Source: Bdellovibrio sp.
Lineage (GTDB): Bacteria; Bdellovibrionota; Bdellovibrionia; Bdellovibrionales; Bdellovibrionaceae
NCBI GenBank assembly: GCA_036677065.1
Contig: JAKFBS010000002.1
Span: forward strand, 704,001-768,000
Length of the DNA stretch: 64,000 nt
Direction: 5' to 3'
How positions within the stretch are numbered: the stretch's first letter is position 1; every line of letters starts with the position of its first letter. Below the pieces are notes generated by a model, which ran no database searches, was not told the origin of the DNA, and worked only from the letters and a program-made list of their open reading frames with translations. Positions 10,349 to 19,560 of the stretch are shown one piece after another. The position numbers and the translations under genes are program-made.

Positions 10349-10843
10349 CTACTTAGAGTCTAAGATAGTACGTACTTCTTGGTCTTGGTTCATCACGTCT
10401 TTCACGTCAGCAGCTAAATTAAGCTCTTTTAGTAAGTAGCTCTTAGCTTTTTCTAACATTTTCTTTTCGCCAAAGCTTAATTCTTTGTCGACTTTTAAAA
10501 GATATAAATCACGCAATACGGCAGCGATCTCGAAAACTGATCCTGTATTGATTTTATCTGTGTATTCACGGTAACGACGATTCCAAGTTTGGGTATCGAT
10601 TTTAACGTTTTTATCTTTTAAGATGCCTACCACTTTAATAGCTTCGTCTTTAGAGATAAGGGCTCTAAGGCCTACAGATTTGATATTAGCCGCAGGAATC
10701 ATAACTTTCATACCGGTCTCTAAGATAATGACCGAGAAGAACTCGTGTTTTGACCCTAAGATCTCTTTAATTTCGATCTTGTCGATGCGTCCAACGCCGT
10801 AACCTGGGTATACAGCATGATCTCCAACTTTAAACTGTGTCAT
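10349..10843 (-). CDS. carD: CarD/CdnL family RNA-polymerase-binding regulator
   Basis: Start reassigned to ATG 10843 (MTQFKVGDHAVYPGYGVG, SD GAAGGTGG); TWNRRYR and LSFGEKKM motifs. Confidence 0.93.
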   Translation of the reverse strand: MTQFKVGDHAVYPGYGVGRIDKIEIKEILGSKHEFFSVIILETGMKVMIPAANIKSVGLRALISKDEAIKVVGILKDKNVKIDTQTWNRRYREYTDKINTGSVFEIAAVLRDLYLLKVDKELSFGEKKMLEKAKSYLLKELNLAADVKDVMNQDQEVRTILDSK

Positions 10844-11078
10844 CGAACCACCTTCATCACCATGAGTTAAAAAAAAATCCCACTCATGACGTCTGGTTGT
10901 TGTAACACTGATGACGTGTTCCAGCAATTTTATTAAGCATTTTTGGTTAAGTTTTTTTTAAGTTGTAATTTCTACCTGTAATTAATGATCATCGCTTTGA
11001 CACTGTGGCAATTAGCGGCTTGAGCCCCCCTATAAACAACGCTAGCCTTTGAAGCAAACCTCCTCGAAAGGACACAAT

Positions 11079-11774
11079 ATGAACTTCAAAAAATTGAGTG
11101 CAGAAATGATCGGAACAGCTTGGCTAGTGCTAGGTGGATGCGGCTCTGCCGTTATTGCCGCAGGATTTCCTAACGTAGGAATCGGCCTATTGGGAGTTTC
11201 GTTTGCTTTTGGCCTGACTGTTTTAACGATGGCTTATTCTATTGGCGCTGTTTCTGGTTGCCATTTAAACCCAGCGGTCACGATTGGCCTTGCTGCAGCA
11301 GGCAAACATCCTAAATCTGAAGTTCTACCCTATATTGTTGCCCAACTCATTGGCGGTGTGATCGGCGCTGGCCTTTTATGTGTGATTGCATCAGGTAAAC
11401 CTGGCTTTGACTTGGTGGCTTCGGGCTTCGCGGCAAATGGTTACGGTGAACATTCTCCGGGTGGATATTCGATGATGTCAGGCTTTGTAACTGAATTAGT
11501 AGCGACAGCATTTTTTCTTTTTATTATTTTAAGTGCGACAGATAAAAAAGCTCCGGCTGGTTTTGCCCCGATTGCGATCGGTCTTGGCTTAACACTAATT
11601 CATTTAATCACGATTCCTGTGACGAACACGTCAGTGAATCCGGCGCGAAGCCTTGGGCCCGCATTATTTGTTGGGGGATGGGCATTACAACAAGTCTGGT
11701 TATTTTTTGTGGCGCCTATTTTAGGTGCTGTGCTTGGCGCATTCGTATATGCCGCGACTGTGAAAGACAAATAA
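11079..11774 (+). CDS. aqpZ: Aquaporin Z
   Basis: Two NPA motifs (HLNPAV, SVNPARS), [13 protein letters not shown]; start at ATG 11079 with SD AAGGA. Confidence 0.97.
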   Translation: MNFKKLSAEMIGTAWLVLGGCGSAVIAAGFPNVGIGLLGVSFAFGLTVLTMAYSIGAVSGCHLNPAVTIGLAAAGKHPKSEVLPYIVAQLIGGVIGAGLLCVIASGKPGFDLVASGFAANGYGEHSPGGYSMMSGFVTELVATAFFLFIILSATDKKAPAGFAPIAIGLGLTLIHLITIPVTNTSVNPARSLGPALFVGGWALQQVWLFFVAPILGAVLGAFVYAATVKDK

Positions 11775-11778
11775 AACA

Positions 11779-11816
11779 AACAATTTCGCCCACAATAACT
11801 CGTGGGCGAAATTGTT
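11779..11816. terminator. 15-bp perfect hairpin between convergent genes (probable bidirectional terminator)
   Basis: AACAATTTCGCCCAC-8 nt-GTGGGCGAAATTGTT. Confidence 0.8.
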
Positions 11817-11820
11817 ATAA

Positions 11821-12087
11821 TTAAAGATATTTATGATACGTGATAACCGCAAAATACGATCGAATACCCTCGTCTTTAGCCTCAGTGCATGTGCCTTTGA
11901 CGATAATAGCTTTATTTCTGGCTTTTAACAAAGCGTTCGCTTTTGCCAGACCTACTTCACAATTGTCCAATGTATATTCTAAGACACTTATAGTAGTTAA
12001 ATCTTTATTTGCCGAGTCTCCAAATAGAGTTCGCGCAAAAGTAGTCATAGGTGCAAACGCCAGCATTCCAATAATAAGTAATTTCAT
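11821..12087 (-). CDS. Small secreted hypothetical protein (88 aa, two Cys)
   Basis: Signal peptide MKLLIIGMLAFAPMTTFA, SD AGGAG. Confidence 0.75.
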   Translation of the reverse strand: MKLLIIGMLAFAPMTTFARTLFGDSANKDLTTISVLEYTLDNCEVGLAKANALLKARNKAIIVKGTCTEAKDEGIRSYFAVITYHKYL

Positions 12088-12119
12088 AAGTATTCTCCTA
12101 ATTTAAAAAAAATCATAAT

Positions 12120-12136
12120 CGCAATAAGAATGCCCG
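12120..12136 (-). promoter_or_regulatory. sigma54 -24/-12 promoter for the 88-aa secreted protein
   Basis: Minus strand CGGGCATTCTTATTGCG: GG-N10-GC with GGCA and TTGC. Confidence 0.55.
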
Positions 12137-12233
12137 AAGCGAAACTGGCTTAAACTGTATTAGGAGTAAAAACACTGTCTAACAACACAACAAAGTGCCG
12201 CAAACGATCGGCGAACTTTTCGACGATTTTTAT

Positions 12234-14321
12234 TTAACCAACGCCGGCTAAAGCCTGCGGGCCGTGACTTTTTAAGAGCTCTTCACGCAAGAGTTTATTT
12301 TCTAAAAACTTTAATTTTGGATCCTTTTCCAAGACCTCAAAAGCCGCATCGCGGGCTTTTTTTAAAAGATCAAAATCACGCACCAGATTGGCCATTTTAA
12401 AGCCTGGAAGACCCGATTGTCTGGCCCCCATGAATTCTCCGGGGCCACGAATTTCAAGATCATATTCAGCGATCTTAAAACCATCGTTGGTTTTTTCCAT
12501 AAAGGTCACGCGGTCTCTGGTTTCTTCGCTGACCGCATAGCCCATGATCATTACACAAAATGATTTGTACTCGCCTCGTCCTACGCGACCACGCAACTGA
12601 TGCAACTGTGATAAACCAAAACGCTCGGCGTGTTCGATAATCATTAAATTCGCGTTCGCGACATCGACACCGACTTCGATCACGGTGGTTGAAACTAACA
12701 CATCAATTTCGTGTTTACGAAACTGGATCATGACCTCATCTTTTTCGACGGACTTCATTTTTCCATGCAATAAACCAAAGCGAATTTTTGGATACTGATG
12801 TTTTAACTTTTCAAATTCTTCAGTAGCATTTTTTAAATCTATCTTTTCGCTCTCTTCAACTAACGGATAAACCACATAACACTGACGGCCTTTGCCGATT
12901 TGTTCGGCCATAAAATCCATAGCGTTATTGCGTTTAGCTTCATTCACAACTCGCGTTTGAATAGGCGAACGACCTGCTGGCATTTCATCAATGATCGAGA
13001 CGTCCAGATCACCATAGACAGTCATCGCCAATGTTCTTGGAATTGGCGTCGCCGTCATAACTAAAAAGTGCGGCGATTGACCTTTAGATTTCAAGTGCCC
13101 CCGCTGAGCGACACCAAAGCGATGTTGTTCATCAATGATAACCAGAGCTAAACTTTTAAATTGCACCCAATCTTCAATTAGCGCATGTGTTCCGATTAAA
13201 AAATGAATTTCACCGGCAATTAATTTTTCTAATAATTCTTTGCGCTCTTTTGTTTTAGTTTTTCCGGTCAGTAACCCGGTTTTTAAACCTAACGGTTCAA
13301 GGCGCTTGACCGCATTTTGGTAATGTTGTTCAGCTAAGATTTCAGTGGGCGCCATCATACAAGTCTGAAAACCGCTCTCAAAAGCATAAAGTGCGGCCAT
13401 AAAGCTCACCATGGTTTTACCGGCTCCTACATCTCCTTGCACCAAACGGTTCATGGGTTTTCCTGAAGTCATATCTTTTTTAACTTCATCGAAAGCTTTT
13501 CTTTGTGCTCCCGTTAAAGTGAATGGCAATGATTCGATTAATTTTAAATTCAGAGTGTCTTTATTGACAACGGCTACACCTTGTTCGTTTTTAAGACCCA
13601 TTTTTTTACTAGCTAGGTATAATTCTAACCAAAAAAATTCTTCAAAAATAATTCGCTCATGCGCTTTTGAAGTTAGTGTTGTCATGGCTTCGGCATTTTC
13701 AATTTCTGGAAAATGAATTTCTTTTAACGCCTGCTTACGCGGTATTAATTTATTTTTCTGCATCAGGCTTGGCGGTAAAGTTTCTACCGGCCACTCTTTA
13801 ATATCCATGTAAGCTGCATGAATGAGCTTTTGCATTTTAGCAGAGCTAAAGCCTTCAATTTCGACATAAATCGGCAGCAATTGATCAGTCATTTCTTCTT
13901 CAGGCACCACGTCTTTTAAATCGGGATGGTGAAATTCTAATTTACCGCGGTAATTAGTAACTTTGCCGATCACGCGAATTTCGGTGCCGGTTTTAAAACG
14001 TTCAAAATAACCTTTGTACGGCGTGCGAAAAAATTTGCAGCGAATTTGTCCTGAGCCATCACGCACTAACACATCATAAATTTTTCGCGACGATCTTCCC
14101 ATCGCGTAAGAGCTCACTGACATCACTGTCGCTTTTAATGACACTAATTCATCGCCTTTTAGGGAGGCTATATTCCTGGCAGCGCGCCTGTCTTCAAAGG
14201 CTCGGGGGTAATTTTCAAGTAAATCTTGTATATTTTTTATCCCATTTCGAGACATAAGTGCGCCAAGCTTGGGCCCGACCCCTTTTAAAAATTGAATATC
14301 TGTCTCTAAACTTATAGGCAT
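12234..14321 (-). CDS. recG: ATP-dependent DNA helicase RecG
   Basis: Wedge/OB domain, QGDVGAGKT, DEQHRFG, TATPIPRT, QLRGRVGRG, TRG motif. Confidence 0.99.
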   Translation of the reverse strand: MPISLETDIQFLKGVGPKLGALMSRNGIKNIQDLLENYPRAFEDRRAARNIASLKGDELVSLKATVMSVSSYAMGRSSRKIYDVLVRDGSGQIRCKFFRTPYKGYFERFKTGTEIRVIGKVTNYRGKLEFHHPDLKDVVPEEEMTDQLLPIYVEIEGFSSAKMQKLIHAAYMDIKEWPVETLPPSLMQKNKLIPRKQALKEIHFPEIENAEAMTTLTSKAHERIIFEEFFWLELYLASKKMGLKNEQGVAVVNKDTLNLKLIESLPFTLTGAQRKAFDEVKKDMTSGKPMNRLVQGDVGAGKTMVSFMAALYAFESGFQTCMMAPTEILAEQHYQNAVKRLEPLGLKTGLLTGKTKTKERKELLEKLIAGEIHFLIGTHALIEDWVQFKSLALVIIDEQHRFGVAQRGHLKSKGQSPHFLVMTATPIPRTLAMTVYGDLDVSIIDEMPAGRSPIQTRVVNEAKRNNAMDFMAEQIGKGRQCYVVYPLVEESEKIDLKNATEEFEKLKHQYPKIRFGLLHGKMKSVEKDEVMIQFRKHEIDVLVSTTVIEVGVDVANANLMIIEHAERFGLSQLHQLRGRVGRGEYKSFCVMIMGYAVSEETRDRVTFMEKTNDGFKIAEYDLEIRGPGEFMGARQSGLPGFKMANLVRDFDLLKKARDAAFEVLEKDPKLKFLENKLLREELLKSHGPQALAGVG

Positions 14322-14352
14322 GCATATATCCTATTTAGGAATGAAGTTTTGT

Positions 14353-14380
14353 CAAAGTTTACCTGAATTTTTGCCGATAG
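14353..14380 (+). promoter_or_regulatory. sigma28 (FliA)-type promoter, leaderless
   Basis: CAAAGTTT-N12-GCCGATAG, ending 7 nt before ATG 14388; consensus is TAAAGTTT-N11-GCCGATAA. Confidence 0.6.
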
Positions 14381-14387
14381 GTCATCT

Positions 14388-15332
14388 ATGAGCACCAAAG
14401 AACATTTCAGAATTCGATTAAGCACGATCCGTCCATCGGAGGACATCCCTTTTGCTATTTTCGTTTACATCGACGGCAAAATGGTTGAATACGTTCGCTT
14501 AGGCGACAAATTAGCTGCTGCTAAAATTGCAAGCTTACACGGCAAAGACACTGGTGAATCATTTTTCGTAGAAAATATAAATAAACCTCTTTACCGTGAA
14601 TACGTTAAAGATTCGATGAACTCTTCACTCATCAGCAACGATCAAAAAGCCAACATCCTTCGCGAAAGTTCGATTGCGATCTTAGAAGATCTTTTCGAAA
14701 CTCCGGATGTAGGCCAAGCCATCGAAGAAACTAAACCGATCATCAAAGATCTTTTAGAGTTTATGCAAAATGCGCCCGAATCTGTGGGCGGTTTAATTAG
14801 TTTGTCGGGTCATGATTTTTACACTTACAACCATTCATTTGATGTCAGCATCTACTCGTTAGGATTAGGTGGCGCATTAGGTTTTGATAAAAAGACGATG
14901 GAAGATTTAGGCTTAGGCAGCTTATTTCACGATGTCGGCAAACGCATGGTATCACTTGATGTTCTATGCAAACGCGGCCCCCTTGATGACGCTGAATGGG
15001 TGCAAATGAAAATGCATCCGCAATTTGGCCTTAAAATTTTAAATGAATCTGCAAATATTTCTGACGGTATTAAAGCCGCTTGTTATGAACACCATGAATC
15101 GTGGAAAGGTGGCGGTTACCCGCAAGACCTGCACGGACAAGAGATTCACCCGTTTGCTCGCATCATAGCCCTAACTGACACTTACGACGCGATGACCACA
15201 CAACGCTCATACAACGTGCCTATGCGCCCTGTAGAGGCTTTAAACATGATGAAAGAAAAGGTCTCGCAAAAGTTCGACCCCGACATGTTAAAAGCGATGT
15301 ACTCGGTACTTTTCAAGATGGACGCGGCGTAG
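14388..15332 (+). CDS. HD-GYP phosphodiesterase, RxxN variant (cGAMP-selective candidate)
   Basis: YTYNHS, FHDVGK, HP, HHESWKGGGYP, DTYDAMTTQRSYN; Bd1817-like N-terminal domain. Confidence 0.9.
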   Translation: MSTKEHFRIRLSTIRPSEDIPFAIFVYIDGKMVEYVRLGDKLAAAKIASLHGKDTGESFFVENINKPLYREYVKDSMNSSLISNDQKANILRESSIAILEDLFETPDVGQAIEETKPIIKDLLEFMQNAPESVGGLISLSGHDFYTYNHSFDVSIYSLGLGGALGFDKKTMEDLGLGSLFHDVGKRMVSLDVLCKRGPLDDAEWVQMKMHPQFGLKILNESANISDGIKAACYEHHESWKGGGYPQDLHGQEIHPFARIIALTDTYDAMTTQRSYNVPMRPVEALNMMKEKVSQKFDPDMLKAMYSVLFKMDAA

Positions 15333-15364
15333 ACAAGATTATTGCCCCGCTTTTACCCAAACAA

Positions 15365-15393
15365 TTGACAGATTAGCCAAGCCTTCCTAGCGT
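15365..15393 (+). promoter_or_regulatory. sigma70 promoter
   Basis: TTGACA-N17-TAGCGT upstream of SD AAGGAG and ATG 15417. Confidence 0.6.
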
Positions 15394-15416
15394 GAGGACT
15401 CATAAGGAGTTCTTGT

Positions 15417-15887
15417 ATGAAAACTATTTTGGCTTACGCTTTTGCTTCTCTTTTATCATTATCTGCTTTTGCATCTAATGATCACCGCCCTACACCACCG
15501 CCGAACAAACCAATGCCTTTAATCGTGGGTCAATGGCGATCAGACAACCCAATTTATTCTGGTCATGTTTGGATTCACACTAATTTCAACTTCACTCAAT
15601 ACGACATGACTTTACATGCGACATGCGAATTCAGAGCGCCGAATGTTCACTTAACTGTCGGAGTTAATTCTCGCACAGCTTACAACGGAAACTTAATTTA
15701 CGTTTATGACCGTGCTGAAGCTGGCGTAAACGATGGTTACCGCTACTGTAATGCGGCTTTGTCGCCGTCAACTTGGGAGTTCTACTTCACAGCAGGTGAT
15801 ATAAATCACGCCGTCATTTTCGCACCGGTTCCCTACCAAATGCGTTTCAATGTTTCTCGCGTTTTAGAACCATTACCGTTGAATTAA
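15417..15887 (+). CDS. Secreted hypothetical beta-rich protein
   Basis: Signal peptide ending SAFA, Pro-rich linker, two Cys, strong SD. Confidence 0.8.
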   Translation: MKTILAYAFASLLSLSAFASNDHRPTPPPNKPMPLIVGQWRSDNPIYSGHVWIHTNFNFTQYDMTLHATCEFRAPNVHLTVGVNSRTAYNGNLIYVYDRAEAGVNDGYRYCNAALSPSTWEFYFTAGDINHAVIFAPVPYQMRFNVSRVLEPLPLN

Positions 15888-16436
15888 TTAAAGACAAATC
15901 TTGTCGTTCCACTTAAGAAAGCACTTCGGAGCTTTCTTAAGGACAAGATCTTTTTGAAAATCAGGGCTTGTTAATAAAGCCCACGGCGTTTGCGCTTCAG
16001 CTTTGGCAAAACGATTATTCTGACCTTTGATCGATTTTTTCAGATCATTTAAACTTTTAAGCTCGATATTTTTAATTTCTAAATAACTTAAAAGCCATTT
16101 CCATTTTTTATTTTCAACAGAATCAGCTTTATCATTTAATAACACGATCGTCTTATCAGGATGAATTCCTTTAGAGGCCAAACGCTCAACCGTTTGCGCA
16201 AGATCAGGATCTAACATTCTGGTTTTCTTTTTTGGATTTGTTAAAACTAAGAAATCTTCTGACCACAGGTTTTGCGAACCTTCAATATGAAACGATTCAT
16301 ATTGAAAAGGATTGCGCGTATCAATCAACACGGCTTTTTTAACAAACACATTTGTTGTTTCATCTATGACTTTTGTGGGCTTTTGCTGACAAGCCCACAC
16401 CACTGATACTGATAAAACCAATAAAAGTTGCTTCAT
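15888..16436 (-). CDS. Rhodanese-like lipoprotein (probably non-catalytic)
   Basis: Lipobox VWAC; LIDTR..FQY..FHIEGS; no Cys at the active-site loop. Confidence 0.75.
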   Translation of the reverse strand: MKQLLLVLSVSVVWACQQKPTKVIDETTNVFVKKAVLIDTRNPFQYESFHIEGSQNLWSEDFLVLTNPKKKTRMLDPDLAQTVERLASKGIHPDKTIVLLNDKADSVENKKWKWLLSYLEIKNIELKSLNDLKKSIKGQNNRFAKAEAQTPWALLTSPDFQKDLVLKKAPKCFLKWNDKICL

Positions 16437-16439
16437 CGA

Positions 16440-17936
16440 TTACTTATTAACAATCTTCATAGTTGGAAAGAACAAGATATCACGAATCGATGCACAGTTT
16501 GTCATAAGCATCACCACACGCTCAATACCGATACCCACCCCACCTGTTGGCGGCATACCCGTTTCAATCGCGTGCAAGAAGTCTTCATCCATAGGATGTG
16601 CTTCATCGTCATGACCACGCATAGCCTCTTGCTCTTTAAGACGCGAACGCTGTTCTTCTGGATCGTTTAATTCAGAGTAAGCATTTCCGATTTCCATACA
16701 AGCTGCAAACGGCTCAAAACGTTCAACAAGTCTGTTATTATCACGGTGAATTTTAGTTAACGGAGAAATTTCTACCGGGTGATCCATCACGAATGTCGGT
16801 TGCCATAAGTGCGGCTCAGCAGCAACTTCAAATACTTTCATTTGAAGTTCACCTAAAGATAATTTATCCATCTGCATTTTTTTAAGTTTTTGCGGCTCTT
16901 CGTTATTTTTTAAGTAATCAACTAAAGCTTCGCGATTTTGCGGATCGATCTTGGCATGTTTTTCAATACCACCAAGAACAGTGATCTTAGCCCATGGCGG
17001 AGTAAAATCGACTTCTTTATCTTGGTAAATCACTTTCATTGATCCTGTCACTTCTTTACAAACACTTGAAACCAATTCTTCGAATTGTGTCATTTGGTAA
17101 TTGTAATCAGTGTAAGCTTCATAGAACTCAAGCATCGTAAACTCAGGATTATGAGTGCGATCGATTCCTTCATTACGAAAGTTTTTACCCACTTCATAAA
17201 CTTTTTCAAAGCCACCTACGATAAGACGTTTTAAATAAAGCTCAGGAGAAATTTTCATAAAAAGCTTCATATCTAAAGCTTTGTGATGAGTTGTAAAGGG
17301 AGTCGCTGCAGCACCGCCGTATAACGGCTGAAGTGTTGGTGTTTCAACCTCCATAAAACCACGGTCATCTAAGAATTTTTTAATCGCTTTAATGATTTTA
17401 GAACGGGTCACAAAAACTTTTCTAGAATCCTGGTCTGAAATTAAATCTAAGTGTCTATGACGGTATTTGATTTCTACGTCTTGAATGCCGTGAAATTTTT
17501 CAGGAAGCGGTTCTAATGTCTTAGTTAAAATTTGGAATTTTTTTACGTATAAAGATAACTCACCTTTTTGGGATTTGAAGATATAACCTTCAAGACCCAC
17601 GATATCGCCTAGATCAATCAAATCAAAGCTAATGCGATCAGCTTCTGATTGCTCTTCGACTTTGATGTAGCACTGCAATGCTCCTGTTTGATCTTGGATA
17701 TTAAAAAAGCTGGCTTTTCCCATCGCACGTAAAGTCATTAAACGACCGGCAATACGAAAAACTGTTTCTGTCTTTTTCTCTCCGGCAACCAGATTAGAAT
17801 AATCCTTCACCAATTGTTCAATGTGAATATTCTTATCAAAAGAATAAGGAAACGGGTTAATACCTTTTTCCTTAAGCGCATGAAGTTTTTTTCTTTTCTC
17901 GGCCTTGACTGGATTATCGTGAACAGAATCAGACAT
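16440..17936 (-). CDS. lysS: Lysine--tRNA ligase (class II)
   Basis: OB fold, GGAAATPF, FRNEGIDRTHNPEF, GMPPTGG.GIGIER. Confidence 0.99.
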   Translation of the reverse strand: MSDSVHDNPVKAEKRKKLHALKEKGINPFPYSFDKNIHIEQLVKDYSNLVAGEKKTETVFRIAGRLMTLRAMGKASFFNIQDQTGALQCYIKVEEQSEADRISFDLIDLGDIVGLEGYIFKSQKGELSLYVKKFQILTKTLEPLPEKFHGIQDVEIKYRHRHLDLISDQDSRKVFVTRSKIIKAIKKFLDDRGFMEVETPTLQPLYGGAAATPFTTHHKALDMKLFMKISPELYLKRLIVGGFEKVYEVGKNFRNEGIDRTHNPEFTMLEFYEAYTDYNYQMTQFEELVSSVCKEVTGSMKVIYQDKEVDFTPPWAKITVLGGIEKHAKIDPQNREALVDYLKNNEEPQKLKKMQMDKLSLGELQMKVFEVAAEPHLWQPTFVMDHPVEISPLTKIHRDNNRLVERFEPFAACMEIGNAYSELNDPEEQRSRLKEQEAMRGHDDEAHPMDEDFLHAIETGMPPTGGVGIGIERVVMLMTNCASIRDILFFPTMKIVNK

Positions 17937-17971
17937 AATTTAGTTATCCTTAACTATTTTGTTTTAAAAAT

Positions 17972-18898
17972 TTATTTTAACGGCTTGCCGGCAAAAGCTT
18001 CCATCACGTTATGTAATAACTCGATAGATTCTTTTTTCGGACGTTGGAAAGCATTACGGCCCATGATCGAACCAAACGCCCCACCTTGTGCTAATTCTTT
18101 AACTTCCGCTAATAACTCAGGAGTTCCTTTAGCTTCACCGCCAGAGAAAATCACAACACGTTTACCGTTGTAGCAAGAATGAACTACGTGACGGATACGG
18201 TCTGCCATCGACCCAACTTTAACACCCTGAGCTTCGTAAACTTTTTTAGCTTCAGCTTGCTCAATGTGAGCTGTTGGTGGTTTTACTTTAATGATATTGG
18301 CACCAAGTTGTGCGGCAATGTGAGCCGAGTAAGCGATAACGTCAATTCCTGTTTCGCCTTCTTTTGAAATTTGTTCACCGCGAGCGTATGACCAAATCAC
18401 TACAGCTAATCCGGCTTTCTTCGCCTGCGCAGAAGCTTCAGCGATTTCTTCGTACATTTGTTTTCTTTGAGCAGATCCTGGGTAGATGGTGAAACCAATC
18501 CCCGCGCAACCTAGGCGTAAAGCATCATCAACTGAAGATGTTAAAGCAGAGATAGGATTTTTTGATCCGTAAAGAACATCAGAATTATTAATTTTTAAGA
18601 TTAACGGAATTTCGCCAGCGTAATCACGTGCACAGACAGATAAAGCACCTAATGGAGCAGCGTAAGCATTACAACCAGATTCAATCGCTAAATCAAAGTG
18701 GTAACTTGGATCATAAGCATCTGGATTTTTTGCAAACGTGCGTGCAGGGCCATGTTCGAAGCCTTGGTCAACCGGAAGGATTACTAATTTACCTGTTCCT
18801 GCAAGTTTACCATGATTCATCATACGAGCCATGTTTGTTAATACACCGATGTTTTCGTCGCCATACCAGCTTAAAATCTCACGTACACGTGGGGTCAT
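17972..18898 (-). CDS. fbaB: Class I fructose-bisphosphate aldolase (DhnA/FbaB type)
   Basis: ILPVDQGFEHGP, LGANIIKVK Schiff-base Lys, GRNAFQR. Confidence 0.92.
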   Translation of the reverse strand: MTPRVREILSWYGDENIGVLTNMARMMNHGKLAGTGKLVILPVDQGFEHGPARTFAKNPDAYDPSYHFDLAIESGCNAYAAPLGALSVCARDYAGEIPLILKINNSDVLYGSKNPISALTSSVDDALRLGCAGIGFTIYPGSAQRKQMYEEIAEASAQAKKAGLAVVIWSYARGEQISKEGETGIDVIAYSAHIAAQLGANIIKVKPPTAHIEQAEAKKVYEAQGVKVGSMADRIRHVVHSCYNGKRVVIFSGGEAKGTPELLAEVKELAQGGAFGSIMGRNAFQRPKKESIELLHNVMEAFAGKPLK

Positions 18899-19017
18899 TG
18901 TCTCTCCTAGAAAATTGTTTGTTTAGACGCATAAACCCTATCGAAAAAACCTATGGCAGGCAAAGAATTACGAGGAAAACTTTGTACTTTGATAACACAC
19001 CTGATAAACATATAAGC

Positions 19018-19560
19018 ATGACAGTTACATACGAAAACACGCCAAATCCTTCGACTCTTAAGTTTAACTTTGCAGCTAAAATTGCGGATAGCACTTCTGA
19101 CTACCCAAACGTAGAATCTACCGACACTTCGCCGTTAGCTGCTAAAATATTCGGCTTTCCATGGGTTTCTAGCGTATTTATTGGCCAAGACTTCATGACA
19201 ATCACTAAGCAAGACTGGGTAGATTGGTCAGTTATCGCTCAGCCGCTTACAGGGCTATTATCCGAGCACATCACAAGCGGTCAGCCTGTCTTTGTGCAAA
19301 AGACTGTTGATCCTGATGTAAACGAGAACGATTCAGCAATCGTTAAAAAAATTAAACAAGTTTTAAAAGATGAAATCCGCCCTGTTGTAGCAATGGATGG
19401 CGGCGACGTTGTGTTCAGTAAATACGAAGATAATATTTTGTATATTCAAATGAAAGGCGCTTGTAACGGCTGCCCTTCATCACAAGCGACACTTAAAGAT
19501 GGAATTCAAGTTCGCCTAATCGAAGCGATTCCTGAAATTAAATCTGTAGAAGCGATCTAG
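19018..19560 (+). CDS. NifU/Nfu family Fe-S carrier
   Basis: Start reassigned to ATG 19018; Nfu_N (ENTPNPSTLKF) plus IRPVVAMDGGD...GACNGCPSS. Confidence 0.92.
   Translation: MTVTYENTPNPSTLKFNFAAKIADSTSDYPNVESTDTSPLAAKIFGFPWVSSVFIGQDFMTITKQDWVDWSVIAQPLTGLLSEHITSGQPVFVQKTVDPDVNENDSAIVKKIKQVLKDEIRPVVAMDGGDVVFSKYEDNILYIQMKGACNGCPSSQATLKDGIQVRLIEAIPEIKSVEAI

Noticed and set aside
11840..12106. 88-aa plus-strand ORF mirroring the secreted protein (toxin-antitoxin-like overlap)
   Set aside because: Antisense shadow; the minus-strand gene has the SD, signal peptide and promoter
18628..19017. 130-aa N-terminal extension of the NifU ORF
   Set aside because: Overlaps fbaB on the opposite strand; Nfu homology starts at ATG 19018
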